Source: the human T2T-CHM13v2.0 reference genome, Homo sapiens. Taken from it: a DNA stretch of 64,000 nt. The translations under genes and the position numbers were made by a program. Location of the stretch: the NCBI RefSeq assembly GCF_009914755.1, contig NC_060925.1; one strand, 5' to 3'. The stretch's first letter is position 1, and each line of letters begins with the position of its first letter. Positions 41,401-58,100 of this stretch are shown piece by piece. A model generated the notes under the pieces. It was given only the letters and a program-made list of their open reading frames with translations, did no database searches and was not told the DNA's origin.

Positions 41401-44400
41401 ATGGAATCGAATGGAAACACCACCGTATTGAAACGAAGGGAATTATCATGAAATTGAAATGGATGGACTCATCATCGAATGGATTCGAATGGAATCATCG
41501 AACGAAATTGATTGTAATCATCATCAAATGGAATTGAATGGAATCATTGAATGGAATCGAATGGAATCATCATCAGATGGAAATGAATGGAATCATCATA
41601 GAATGGAATCGCATGGATTCATTGAATGGAATCAGATGGAATCATCGAATGGACTTGAATGGAATCGATGAATGGACTCGAATGGAATCATTATGGAATG
41701 GAATTGAATGGAATCATCGAATGGTCTCGAATGGAATCATTATCAAATGGAATCGAATGGAATCACCGAATAGAATCGAATGGAACAATCATCGAATGGA
41801 CTCAAATGGAATTATCCTCAAATGGAATCGAATGGAATTATCGAATGCAATCGAATGGAATAATCGAATGCAATCGAATAGAATCATCGAATGGACTTGA
41901 AAGGAATCATCGATTGAAATGGAATGGAATAGTCAATGAACTCGAATGGAATCATCATTGAATGGAATCATCGAGTGGAATCGAATGGAATCATGATCAA
42001 ATGGAATCGAAAGTAATCATCATCAAATGGAATCAAAATAACAATTATCAATTGGTATTGAATGGAATTGTCATCAAACGGAATTCAATGGAATCATCAT
42101 CAAATGGAACCGAATGGAATCCTCATTGAATGGAAATGAAAGGAGTCATCATCTAATGGAATCGCATGGAATCATCATCAAATGGAATCGAATGGAATCA
42201 TCATCAAATGGAATCTAATGGAATCATTGAATGGAATTGAATGGAATCGTCATCCAATGAATTGAATGCAATCAACGAATGGTCTCTAATGGAACCACCT
42301 CCAAATGGAATGGAATGGAATCATCGCATAGAATCGAATGGAATTATCATCGAATGGACCCGAATGGAATCAACATCAAACGGAATCAAACGGAATTATC
42401 GAATGGAATCGAAGAGAATCATCGAACGGACACGAATGGAATCATCTAATGGAATGGAATGGAAGAATCCATGGACTCGAATGCAATCATCATCGAATGG
42501 AATCGAATGGAATCATCGAATGGACTCGAATGGAATAATCATTGAACGGAATCGAATGGAATCATCATCGGATGGAAACGAATGGAATCATCATCGAATG
42601 GAATCAAATGGGATCATCAAAAGGAATCAGATGGAATCATCATCAAATGGAATCGAATAGAATTATGGAATGAAATCCAATGTGATCATCACTGAATGGA
42701 CTCGAATGGAATCATCATCCAATGGAAACTAATGGAATCAACATCGAATGGAATCGAATGGAAACACCATCGAATTGAAACGAATGGAATTATCATGAAA
42801 TTGAAATGGATGGACTCATCATCGAATGGATTCGAATGGAATCATCGAATGAAATTGATTGAAATCATCATCAAATGGAATCGAAAGGAATCATTGAATG
42901 GAATCGAATGGAATCATCATCAGATGGAAATGAATGGAATCATCATAGAATGGAATCGCATGGATTCATTGAATGGAATCAGATGGAATCATCGAATGGA
43001 CTTGAATGGAATCGTTGAATGGACTGGAATGGAATCATTATTGAATGGAATTGAATAGAATCATCGAATGGTCTCGAATGGAATCATTATCAAATGAAGT
43101 CGAATGGAAACACCGAATAGAATCGAATGGAACAATCATCGAATGGACTCAAATGGAATTATCCTCAAATGGAATCAAATGGATTTATCGAATGCAATCG
43201 AATGGAATTATCGAATGCAATCGAATAGAATCATCGAATGGACTCGAATGGAATCATTGAATGGAATGCAATGGATTAATCCATGGACTCGAATTCAATC
43301 ACCATCGAATACAATCGAATGGAGTCATTGAATCGACTCAAATGGAATAATCATTGAATGGAATCGAATGGAATCATCGAGTGGAATCGAATGGAGTCAT
43401 GATGAAATGGAATCGAATGTAATCATCATCAAGTGGAATCAAAAATAAACATCATCAATTGGAATTGAATGGAATTGTCATCAAATGGAATTCAAAGGAA
43501 TCATCATCTAATGGAATCGAATGGAATCCTCATTGAATGGAAATGAAAGGAGTCATCATCTAATGGAATCGCATGGAATCATCATCAAATGGAATCGAAT
43601 GGAATCATCATCAAATGGAATCTAATGGAATCATTGAACGGAATTCAATGGAATTGTCATCGAATGAATTGAATGCAATCAACGAATGGTCTCGAATGGA
43701 ACCGCCTCCAAATGGAAAGGAATGGAATCATCGCATAGAATCGAATGGAATTATCATCGAATGGACTCGAATGGAATCAACATCAAACAGAATCAAACGG
43801 AATTATCGAATGGAATCGAAGAGAATCATCGAATGGACTCGAATGGAATCATCTAATGGAATGGAATGGAAGAATCCATGGACTCGAATGCAATCATCAT
43901 CGAATGGAATCGAATGGAATCATCGAATGGACTCGAATGGAATAATCATTGAACGGAATCGAATGGAATCATCATCGGATGGAAACGAATGGAATCATCA
44001 TCGAATGGAATCGAATGGGATCATCAAATGGAATCAGATGGAATCATCATCAAATGGAATCGAATAGAATTATGGAATGAAATCCAATGTGATCATCATT
44101 GAATGGACTCGAATGGAATCATCATCCAATAGAAACTAATGGAATCAACATCGAATGGAATCGAATGGAAACAACATCGAATTGAAACGAATGGAATTGT
44201 CATGAAATTGAAATGGATGGACTCATCATCGAATGGATTCGAATGGAATCATCGAATGAAATTGATTGAAATCATCATCAAATGGAATCGAAAGGAATCA
44301 TTGAATGCAATCGAATGGAATCATCATCAGATGGAAATGAATGGAATCATCATAGAATGGAATCACATGGATTCATTGAATGGAATCAGATGGAATCATC

Positions 44401-47400
44401 GAATGGACTTGAATGTAATCGTTGAATGGACTCGAATGGAATCATTATTGAATGGAATTGCATAGAATCATCGAATGGTCTCGAATGGAATCATTATCAA
44501 ATGAAGTCGAATGGAATCACCGAATAGAATCGAATGGAACAATCATCGAATGGACTCAAATGGAATTATCCTCAAATGGAATCAAATGGATTTATCGAAT
44601 GCAATCGAATGGAATTATCGAATGCAATCGAATAGAATCATCGAATGGACTCGAATGGAATCATCGAATGGAATGCAATAGATTAATCCATGGACTCGAA
44701 TTCAATCACCATCGAATACAATCGAATGGAGTCATCGAATCGACTCAAATGGAATAATCATTGAATGGAATCGAATGGAATCATCGAGTGGAATCGAATG
44801 GAATCATGATCAAATGGAATCGAATGTAATCATCATCAAATGGAATCAAAAATAAACATCATCAATAGGTATTGAATGGAATTGTCATCAAACGGAATTC
44901 AAAGGAATCATCATCAAATGGAACCGAATGGAATCCTCATTGAATGGAAATGAAAGGAGTCATCATCTAATGGAATCGCATGGAATCATCATCAAATGGA
45001 ATCGAATGGAATCGTCATTAAATGGAATCTAATGGAATCATTGAACGGAATTGAATGGAATCGTCATCGAATGAATTCAATGCAATCAACGAATGGTCTC
45101 GAATGGAACCACCTCCAAATGGAATGGAATGGAATCATCGCATAGAATCGAATGGAATTATCATCGAATGGATTCGAATGGAATCAACATCAAACGGGAT
45201 CAAACGGAATTATCGAATGGAATCGAAGAGAATCATCGAACGGACTCGAATGGAATCATCTAATGGAATGGAATGGAAGAATCCATGGACTCGAATGCAA
45301 TCATCATCGAATGGAATCGAATGGAATCATTGAATGGACTCGAATGGAATAATCATTGAATGGAATCGAATGGAATCATCATCGGATGGAAACGAATGGA
45401 ATCATCAAATGGAATCAGATGGAATCATCATCAAATGGAATCGAATAGAATTATGGAATGAAATCCATTGTGATCATCATCGAATGGACTCGAATGGAAT
45501 CATCATCCAATGGAAACTAATGGAATCAACATCGAATGGAATCGAATGGAAACTCCATCGAATTGAATCGAATGGAATTATCATGAAATTGAAATGGATG
45601 GACTTATCATCGAATGGATTCGAATGGAATCATCGAATGAAATTGATTGAAATCATCATCAAATGGAATCGAATGGAATCATTGAATGGAATCGAATGGA
45701 ATCATCATCAGATGGAAATGAATGCAATCATCATAGAATGGAATCGAGTGGATTCATTGAATGGAATCAGATGGAATCATCAAATGGACTTGAATGGAAT
45801 CATTGAATGGACTCGAATGGAATCATTATTGAATGGAATTGAATGGAATCATCGAATGGTCTCGAATGGAATCATTATCAAATGGAATCGAATGGAATCA
45901 CCGAATAGAATCGAATGGAACAATCATCGAATGGACTCAAATGGAATTATCCTCAAATGGAATCGAATGGAATTATCGAATGCAATCGAATGGAATAATC
46001 GAATGCAATCGAATAGAATCATCGAATGGACTTGAAAGGAATCATCGATTGAAATGGAATGGAATAGTCAATGAACTCGAATGGAATCATCATTGAATGG
46101 AATCATCGAGTGGAATCGAATGGAATCATGATCAAATGGAATCGAATGTAATCATCATCAAATGGAATCAAAAATAAACATCATCAATTGGTATTGAATG
46201 GAATTGTCATCAAACGGAATTCAAAGGAATCATCATCAAATGGAACCGAATGGAATCCTCATTGAATGGAAATGAAAGGAGTCATCATCTAATGGAATCG
46301 CATGGAATCATCATCAAATGGAATCGAATGGAATCATCATCAAATGGAATCTAATGGAATCATTGAACGGAATTGAATGGAATCGTCATCGAATGAATTC
46401 AATGCAATCAATGAATGGTCTCGAATGGAGCCATCTCCAAATGGAATGGAATGGAATCATCGCATAGAATCGAATGGAATTATAATCGAATGGACTCGAA
46501 TGGAATCAACATCAAACGGAATCAAACGGAATTATCGAATGGAATCGAAGAGAATCATCGAACGGACTCGAATGGAATCATCTAATGGAATGGAATGGAA
46601 GAATCCATGGACACGAATGCAATCATCATCGAATGGAATCGAATGGAATCATCGAATGGACTCGAATGGAATAATCATTGAACGGAATCGAATGGAATCA
46701 TCATCGGATGGAAACGAATGGAATCATCATCGAATGGAATCGAATGGGATCATCAAATGGAATCAGATGGAATCATCATCAAATGGAATCGAATAGAATT
46801 ATGTTATGAAATCCAATGTGATCATCATTGAATGGACTCGAATGGAATCATCATCCAATGGAAACTAATGGAATCAACATCGAATGGAATCGAATGGAAA
46901 CACCATCGAATTGAAACGAATGGAATTATCATGAAATTGAAATGGATGGACTCATCATCGAATGGATTCGAATGGAATCATCGAATGAAATTGATTGAAA
47001 TCATCATCAAATGGAATCGGAAAGAATCATTGAATGGAATCCAATGGAATCATCATCAGATGGAAATGAATGGAATCATCATAGAATGGAATCGAATGGA
47101 TTCATTGAGTGAAATCAGATGGAATCATCGAATGGACTTGAATGGAATCGTTGAATGGATTCGAATGGAATCATTATTGAATGGAATTGAATAGAATCAT
47201 CGAATGGTCTCGAATGGAATCATTATCAAATGAAGTCGAATGGAATCACCGAATAGAATCGAATGGAACAATCATCGAATGGACTCAAATGGAATTATCC
47301 TCAAATGGAATCAAATGGATTTATCGAATGCAATCGAATGGAATTATCGAATGCAATCGAATAGAATCATCGAATGGACTCGAATGGAATCATCGAGTGG

Positions 47401-49190
47401 AATGCAATGGATTAATCCATGGACTCGAATTCAATCACCATCGAATACAATCGAATGGAGTCATCGAATCGACTCAAATGCAATAATCATTGAATGGAAT
47501 CGAATGGAATCATCGAGTGGAATCGAATGGAATCATGATCAAATGGAATCGAATGTAATCATCATCAGATGGAATCAAAAATAAACATCATTAATTGGTA
47601 TTGAATGGAATTGTCATCAAATGGAATTCAAAGGAATCATCATCAAATGGAACCGAATGGAATCCTCATTGAATGGAAATGAAAGGAGTCGTCATCTAAT
47701 GGAATCGCATGGAATCATCATCAAATGGAATCGAATGGAATCATCATCAAATGGAATCTAATGGAATCACTGAACGGAATTGAATGGAATCGTCATCGAA
47801 TGAATTGAAGGCAATCAACGAATGGTCTCGAATGGAGCCATCTACAAATGGAATGGAATGGAATCATCGCATAGAATCGAATGGAATTATCATCGAATGG
47901 ACTCGAATGGAATCAACATCAAACGGCATCAAACGGAGTTATCGAATGGAATCGAAGAGAATCATCGAACGGGCTCGAATGGAATCATCTAATGGAATGG
48001 AATGGAAGAATCCATGGACCCGAATGCAATCATCATCGAATGGAATCGAATGGAATCATCGAATGGACTCGAATGGAATAATCATTGAACGGAATCGAAT
48101 GGAATCATCATCGGATGGAAACGAATGGAATCAACATCGAATGGAATCGAATGGGATCATCAAATGGAATCAGATGGAATCATCATCATATGGAATCGAA
48201 TAGAATTATGGAATGAAATCCAATGTGATCATCATTGAATGGACTCGAATGGAATCATCATCCAATGGAAACTAATGGAATCAACATCGAATGGAATTGA
48301 ATGGAAACACCATCGAATTGAAACGAATGGAATTATCATGAAATTGAAATGGATGGACTCATCATCGAATGGATTCGAATGGAATCATCGAATGAAATTG
48401 ATTGAAATCATCATCAAATGGAATCGAAAGGAATCATTGAATGGAATCGAATGGAATCATCATCAGATGGAAATGAATGGAATCATCATAGAATGGAATC
48501 GCATGGATTCATTGAATGGAATCAGATGGAATCATCGAATGGACTTGAATGGAATCGTTGAATGGACTCGAATGGAATCATTATTGAATGGAATTGAATA
48601 GAATCATCGAATGGTCTCGAATGGAATCATTATCAAATGAAGTCGAATGGAATCACCGAATAGAATCGAATGGAACAATCATCGAATGGACTCAAATGGA
48701 ATTATCTTTAAATGGAATCAAATGGATTTATCGAATGCAATCGAATGGAATTATCGAATGCAATCGAATAGAATCATCAAATGGACTCGAATGGAATCAT
48801 CGAATGGAATGCAATGGATTAATCTATGGACTCGAATTCAATCACCATCGAATACAATCGAATGGAGTCATCGAATCGACTCAAATGGAATAATCATTGA
48901 ATGGAATCGAATGGAATCATCGAGTGGAATCGAATGGAATCATGATCAAATGGAATCGAATGTAATCATCATCAAATGGAATCAAAAATAACCATCATCA
49001 ATTGGTATTGAATGGAATTGTCATCAAACGGAATTCAAAGGAATCATCAACAAATGGAACCGAATGGAATCCTCATTGAATGGAAATGAAAGGAGTCATC
49101 ATCTAATGGAATCGCATGGGATCATCATCAAATGGAATCTAATGGAATCATCATCAAATGGAATCTAATGGAATCATTGAACGGAATTGA

Positions 49191-52100
49191 ATGGAATCGT
49201 CATCGAATGAATTGAATGCAATCAACGAATGGTCTCGAATGGAACCACATCCAAATGGAATGGAATGGAATCATCGCATAGAATCGAATGGAATTATCAT
49301 CGAATGGACCCGAATGGAATCAACATCAAATGGAATCAAACGGAATTATCGAATGGAATCGAAGAGAATCATCGAACGGACTCGAATGGAATCATCTAAT
49401 GGAATGGAATGGAAGAATCCATGGACACGAATGCAATCATCATCGAATGGAATCGAATGGAATCATCGAATGGACTCGAATGGAATAATCATTGAACGGA
49501 ATCGAATGGAATCATCATCGGATGGAAACGAATGGAATCATCATCGAATGGAATCGAATGGGATCATCAAATGGAATCAGATGGAATCATCATCAAATGG
49601 AATCGAATAGAATTATGGAATGAAATCCAATGTGATCATCATTGAATGGACTCGAATGGAATCATCATCCAATGGAAACTAATGGAATCAACATCGAATG
49701 GAATCGAATGGAAACACCATCGAATTGAAACGAATGGAATTGTCCTGAAATTGAAATGGATGGACTCATCATCGAATGGATTCGAATGGAATCATCGAAT
49801 GAAATTGATTGAAATCATCATCAAATGGAATCGAAAGGAATCATTGAATGCAATCGAATGGAATCATCATCAGATGGAAATGAATGGAATCATCATAGAA
49901 TGGAATCGCATGGATTCATTGAATGGAATCAGATGGAATCATCGAATGGACTTGAATGGAATCGTTGAATGGACTCGAATGGAATCATTATTGAATGGAA
50001 TTGAATAGAATCATCGAATGGTCTCGAATGGAATCATTATCAAATGAAGTCGAATGGAATCACCGAATAGAATCGAATGGAACAATCATCGAATGCACTC
50101 AAATGGAATTATCTTCAAATGGAATCAAATGGATTTATCGAATGCAATCGAATGGAATTATCGAATGCAATCGAATAGAATCATCGAATGGACTCGAATG
50201 GAATCATCGAATGGAATGCAATGGATTAATCCATGGACTCGAATTCAATCACCATCGAATACAATCGAATGGAGTCATCGAATCGACTCAAATGGAATAA
50301 TCATTGAATGGAATCGAATGGAATCATCGAGTGGAATCGAATGGAATCATGATCAAATGGAATCGAATGTAATCATCATCAAATGGAATCAAAAATAAAC
50401 ATCATCAATAGGTATTGAATGGAATTGTCATCAAACGGAATTCAAAGGAATCATCATCAAATGGAACCGAATGGAATCCTCATTGAATGGAAATGAAAGG
50501 AGTCATCATCTAATGGAATCGCATGGAATCATCATCAAATGGAATCGAATGGAATCGTCACTAAATGGAATCTAATGGAATCATTGAACGGAATTGAATG
50601 GAATCGTCATCGAATGAATTCAATGCAATCAACGAATGGTCTCGAATGGAACCACCTCCAAATGGAATGGAATGGAATCATCGCATAGAATCGAATGGAA
50701 TTATCATCGAATTGATTCGAATGGAATCAACATCAAATGGGATCAAACGGATTTATCGAATGGAATCGAAGAGAATCATCGAACGGACTCGAATGGAATC
50801 ATCTAATGGAATGGAATGGAAGAATCCATGGACTCGAACGCAATCATCATCGAATGGAATCGAATGGAATCATTGAATGGACTCGAATGGAATAATCATT
50901 GAATGGAATCGAATGGAATCATCATCGGATGGAAACGAATGGAATCATCACATGGAATCAGATGGAATCATCATCAAATGGAATCGAATAGAATTATGGA
51001 ATGAAATCCATTGTGATCATCATCGAATGGACTCGAATGGAATCATCATCCAATGGAAACTAATGGAATCAACATCGAATGGAATCGAATGGAAACTCCA
51101 TCGAATTGAATCGAATGGAATTATCATGAAATTGAAATGGATGGACTCATCATCGAATGGATTCGAATGGAATCATCGAATGAAATTGATTGAAATCATC
51201 ATCAAATGGAATCGAATGGAATCATTGAATGGAATCGAATGGAATCATCATCAGATGGAAATGAATGCAATCATCATAGAATGGAATCGAGTGGATTCAT
51301 TGAATGGAATCAGATGGAATCATCGAATGGACTTGAATGGAATCATTGAATGGACTCGAATGGAATCATTATTGAATGGAATTGAATGGAATCATCGAAT
51401 GGTCTCGAATGGAATCATTATCAAATGGAATCGAATGGAATCACCGAATAGAATCGAATGGAACAATCATCGAATGGACTCAAATGGAATTATCCTCAAA
51501 TGGAATCGAATGGAATTATCGAATGCAATCGAATGGAATAATCGAATGCAATCGAATAGAATCATCGAATGGACTTGAAGGGAATCATCGATTGAAATGG
51601 AATGGAATAGTCAATGAACTCGAATGGAATCATCATTGAATGGAATCATCGAGTGGAATCGAATGGAATCATGATCAAATGGAATCGAAAGTAGTCATCA
51701 TCAAATGGAATCAAAAATAACCATCATCAATTGGTATTGAATGGAATTGTCATCAAACGGAATTCAAAGGAATCATCAACAAATGGAACCGAATGGAATC
51801 CTCATTGAATGGAAATGAAAAGAGTCATCATCTAATGGAATCGCATGGAATCATCATCAAATGGAATCGAATGGAATCATCATCAAATGGAATCTAATGG
51901 AATCACTGAACGGAATTTAATGGAATCGTCATCGAATGAATTGAATGCAATCAACGAATGGTCTCGAATGGAACCACATCCAAATGGAATGGAATGGAAT
52001 CATGGCATAGAATCGAATGGAATTATCATCGAATGGACCCGAATGGAATCAACATCAAACGGAATCAAACGGAATTATCGAATGGAATTGAAGAGAATCA

Positions 52101-55100
52101 TCGAACGGGCTCGAATGGAATCATCTAATGGAATGGAATGGAAGAATCCATGGACTCGAATGCAATCATCATCGAATGGAATCGAATGGAATCATCGAAT
52201 GGACTCGAATGGAATAATCATTGAACGGAATCGAATGGAATCATCATCGGATGGAAACGAATGGAATCATCATCGAATGGAATCGAATGGGATCATCAAA
52301 TGGAATCAGATGGAATCATCATCAAATGGAATCGAATAGAATTATGGAATGAAATCCAATGTGATCATCATTGAATGGACTCGAATGGAATCATCATCCA
52401 ATGGAAACTAATGGAATCAACATCGAATGGAATCGAATGGAAACACCATCGAATTGAAACGAATGGAATTGTCATGAAATTGAAATGGATGGACTCATCA
52501 TCGAATGGATTCGAATGGAATCATCGAATGAAATTGATTGAAATCATCATCAAATGGAATCGAAAGGAATCATTGAATGCAATCGAATAGAATCATCATC
52601 AGATGGAAATGAATGGAATCATCATAGAATGGAATCGCATGGATTCATTGAATGGAATCAGATGGAATCATCGAATGGACTTGAATGGAATCGTTGAATG
52701 GACTCGAATGGAATCATTATTGAATGGAATTGAATAGAATCATCGAATGGTCTCGAATGGAATCATTATCAAATGAAGTCGAATGGAATCACCGAATAGA
52801 ATCGAATGGAATAATCATCCAATGGACTCAAATGGAAGTATCCTCAAATGGAATCAAATGGATTTATCGAATGCAATCGAATGGAATTATCGAATGCAAT
52901 CGAATAGAATCATCGAATGGACTCGAATGGAATCATCGAATGGAATGCAATGGATTAATCCATGGACTCGAATTCAATCACCATCGAATACAATCGAATG
53001 GAGTCATCGAATCAACTCAAATGGAATAATCATTGAATGGAATCGAATGGAATCATCGAGTGGAATCGAATGGAATCATGATCAAATGGAATCGAATGTA
53101 ATCATCATCAAATGGAATCAAAAATGAACATCATCAATAGGTATTGAATGGAATTGTCATCAAACGGAATTCAAAGGAATCATCATCAAATGGAACCGAA
53201 TGGAATCCTCATTGAATGGAAATGAAAGGAGTCATCATCTAATGGAATCGCATGGAATCATCATCAAATGGAATCGAATGGAATCGTCATTAAATGGAAT
53301 CTAATGGAATCATTGAACGGAATTGAATGGAATCGTCATCAAATGAATTCAATGCAATCAACGAATGGTCTCGAATGGAACCACCTCCAAATGGAATGGA
53401 ATGGAATCATCGCATAGAATCGAATGGAATTATCATCGAATGGATTCGAATGGAATCAACATCAAACGGGATCAAACGGAATTATCGAATGGAATCGAAG
53501 AGAATCATCGAACGGACTCGAATGGAATCATCTAATGGAATGGAATGGAAGAATCCATGGACTCGAATGCAATCATCATCGAATGGAATCGAATGGAATC
53601 ATTGAATGGACTCGAATGGAATAATCATTGAATGGAATCGAATGGAATCATCATCGGATGGAAACGAATGGAATCATCAAATGGAATCAGATGGAATCAT
53701 CATCAAATGGAATCGAATAGAATTATGGAATGAAATCCATTGTGATCATCATCGAATGGACTCGAATGGAATCATCATCCAATGGAAACTAATGGAATCA
53801 ACATCGAATGGAATTGAATGGAAACTCCATCGAATTGAATCGAATGGAATTATCATGAAATTGAAATGGATGGACTCATCATCGAATGGATTCGAATGGA
53901 ATCATCGAATGAAATTGATTGAAATCATCATCAAATGGAATCGAATGGAATCATTGAATGGAATCGAATGGAATCATCATCAGATGGAAATGAATGCAAT
54001 CATCATAGAATGGAATCGAGTGGATTCATTGAATGGAAACAGATGGAATCATCGAATGGACTTGAATGGAATCATTGAATGGACTCGAATGGAATCATTA
54101 TTGAATGGAATTAAATGGAATCATCGAATGGTCTCGAATGGAATCATTATCAAATGGAATCGAATGGAATCACCGAATAGAATCGAATGGAACAATCATC
54201 GAATGGACTCAAATGGAATTATCCTCAAATGGAATCGAATGGAATTATCGAATGCAATCGAATGGAATAATCGAATGCAATCGAATAGAATCATCGAATG
54301 GACTTGAAGGGAATCATCGATTGAAATGGAATGGAATAGTCAATGAACTCGAATGGAATCATCATTGAATGGAATCATCGAGTGGAATCGAATGGAATCA
54401 TGATCAAATGGAATCGAATGTAATCATCATCAAATGGAATCAAAAATAACCATCATCAATTGGTATTGAATGGAATTGTCATCAAACGGAATTCAAAGGA
54501 ATCATCAACAAATGGAACCGAATGGAATCCTCATTGAATGGAAATGAAAGGAGTCATCATCTAATGGAATCGCATGGAATCATCATCAAATGGAATCGAA
54601 TGGAATCATCATCAAATGGAATCTAATGGAATCATTGAACGGAATTGAATGGAATCGTCATCGAATGAATTGAATGCAATCAACGAATGGTCTCGAATGG
54701 AACCACATCCAAATGGAATGGAATGGAATCATCGCATAGAATCGAATGGAGTTATCATGGAATGGACCCGAATGGAATCAACATCAAACGGAATCAAACG
54801 GAATTATCGAATGGAATCGAAGAGAATCATCGAACGGGCTCGAATGGAATCATCTAATGGAATGGAATGGAAGAATCCATGGACTCGAATGCAATCATCA
54901 TCGAATGGAATCGAATGAAATCATCGAATGGACTCGAATGGAATAATCATTGAACGGAATCGAATGGAATCATCATCGGATGGAAACGAATGGAATCATC
55001 ATCGAATGGAATCGAATGGGATCATCAAATGGAATCAGATGGAATCATCATCAAATGGAATCGAATAGAATTATGGAATGAAATCCAATGTGATCATCAT

Positions 55101-58100
55101 TGAAAGGACTCGAATGGAATCATCATCCAATGGAAACTAATGGAATCAACATCGAATGGAATCGAATGGAAACACCATCGAATTGAAACGAATGGAATTG
55201 TCATGAAATTGAAATGGATGGACTCATCATCGAATGGATTCGAATGGAATCATCGAATGAAATTGATTGAAATCATCATCAAATGGAATCGAAAGGAATC
55301 ATTGAATGCAATCGAATGGAATCATCATCAGATGGAAATGAATGGAATCATCATAGAATGGAATCGCATGGATTCATTGAATGGAATCAGATGGAATCAT
55401 CGAATGGACTTGAATGGAATCGTTGAATGGACTCGAATGGAATCATTATTGAATGGAATTGAATAGAATCATCGAATGGTCTCGAATGGAATCATTATCA
55501 AATGAAGTCGAATGGAATCACCGAATAGAATCGAATGGAACAATCATCGAATGGACTCAAATGGAATTATCTTCAAATGGAATCAAATGGATTTATCGAA
55601 TGCAATCGAATGGAATTATCGAATGCAATCGAATAGAATCATCGAATGGACTCGAATGGAATCATCGAATGGAATGCAATGGATTAATCCATGGACTCGA
55701 ATTCAATCACCATCGAATACAATCGAATGGAGTCATCGAATCGACTCACATGGAATAATCATTGAATGGAATCGAATGGAATCATCGAGTGGAATCGAAT
55801 GGAATCATGATCAAATGGAATCGAATGTAATCATCATCAAATTGAATCAAAAATAACCATCATCAATAGGTATTGAATGGAATTGTCATCAAACGGAATT
55901 CAAAGGAATCATCATCAAATGGAACCGAATGGAATCCTCATTGAATGGAAATGAAAGGAGTCATCATCTAATGGAATCGCATGGAATCATCATCAAATGG
56001 AATCGAATGGAATCGTCACTAAATGGAATCTAATGGAATCATTGAACGGAATTGAATGGAATCGTCATCGAATGAATTCAATGCAATCAACGAATGGTCT
56101 CGAATGGAACCACCTCCAAATGGAATGGAATGGAATCATCGCATAGAATCGAATGGAATTATCATCGAATTGATTCGAATGGAATCAACATCAAATGGGA
56201 TCAAACGGATTTATCGAATGGAATCGAAGAGAATCATCGAACGGACTCGAATGGAATCATCTAATGGAATGGAATGGAAGAATCCATGGACTCGAACGCA
56301 ATCATCATCGAATGGAATCGAATGGAATCATTGAATGGACTCGAATGGAATAATCATTGAATGGAATCGAATGGAATCATCATCGGATGGAAACGAATGG
56401 AATCATCACATGGAATCAGATGGAATCATCATCAAATGGAATCGAATAGAATTATGGAATGAAATCCATTGTGATCATCATCGAATGGACACGAATGGAA
56501 TCATCATCCAATGGAAACTAATGGAATCAACATCGAATGGAATCGAATGGAAACTCCATCGAATTGAATCGAATGGAATTATCATGAAATTGAAATGGAT
56601 GGACTCATCATCGAATGGATTCGAATGGAATCATCGAATGAAATTGATTGAAATCATCATCAAATGGAATCGAATGGAATCATTGAATGGAATCGAATGG
56701 AATCATCATCAGATGGAAATGAATGCAATCATCATAGAATGGAATCGAGTGGATTCATTGAATGGAATCAGATGGAATCATCGAATGGACTTGAATGGAA
56801 TCATTGAATGGACTCGAATGGAATCATTATTGAATGGAATTGAATGGAATCATCGAATGGTCTCGAATGGAATCATTATCAAATGGAATCGAATGGAATC
56901 ACCGAATAGAATCGAATGGAACAATCATCGAATGGACTCAAATGGAATTATCCTCAAATGGAATCGAATGGAATTATCGAATGCAATCGAATGGAATAAT
57001 CGAATGCAATCGAATAGAATCATCGAATGGACTTGAAGGGAATCATCGATTGAAATGGAATGGAATAGTCAATGAACTCGAATGGAATCATCATTGAATG
57101 GAATCATCGAGTGGAATCGAATGGAATCATGATCAAATGGAATCGAAAGTAATCATCATCAAATGGAATCAAAAATAACCATCATCAATTGGTATTGAAT
57201 GGAATTGTCATCAAACGGAATTCAAAGGAATCATCAACAAATGGAACCGAATGGAATCCTCATTGAATGGAAATGAAAAGAGTCATCATCTAATGGAATC
57301 GCATGGAATCATCATCAAATGGAATCGAATGGAATCATCATCAAATGGAATCTAATGGAATCACTGAACGGAATTGAATGGAATCGTCATCGAATGAATT
57401 GAATGCAATCAACGAATGGTCTCGAATGGAACCACATCCAAATGGAATGGAATGGAATCATCGCATAGAATCGAATGGAATTATCATCGAATGGACCCGA
57501 ATGGAATCAACATCAAACGGAATCAAACGGAATTATCGAATGGAATTGAAGAGAATCATCGAACGGGCTCGAATGGAATCATCTAATGGAATGGAATGGA
57601 AGAATCCATGGACTCGAATGCAATCATCATCGAATGGAATCGAATGGAATCATCGAATGGACTCGAATGGAATAATCATTGAACGGAATCGAATGGAATC
57701 ATCATCGGATGGAAACGAATGGAATCATCATCGAATGGAATCGAATGGGATCATCAAATGGAATCAGATGGAATCATCATCAAATGGAATCGAATAGAAT
57801 TATGGAATGAAATCCAATGTGATCATCATTGAATGGACTCGAATGGAATCATCATCCAATGGAAACTAATGGAATCAACATCGAATGGAATCGAATGGAA
57901 ACACCATCGAATTGAAACGAATGGAATTGTCATGAAATTGAAATGGATGGACTCATCATCGAATGGATTCGAATGGAATCATCGAATGAAATTGATTGAA
58001 ATCATCATCAAATGAATCGAAAGGAATCATTGAATGCAATCGAATAGAATCATCATCAGATGGAAATGAATGGAATCATCATAGAATGGAATCGCATGGA

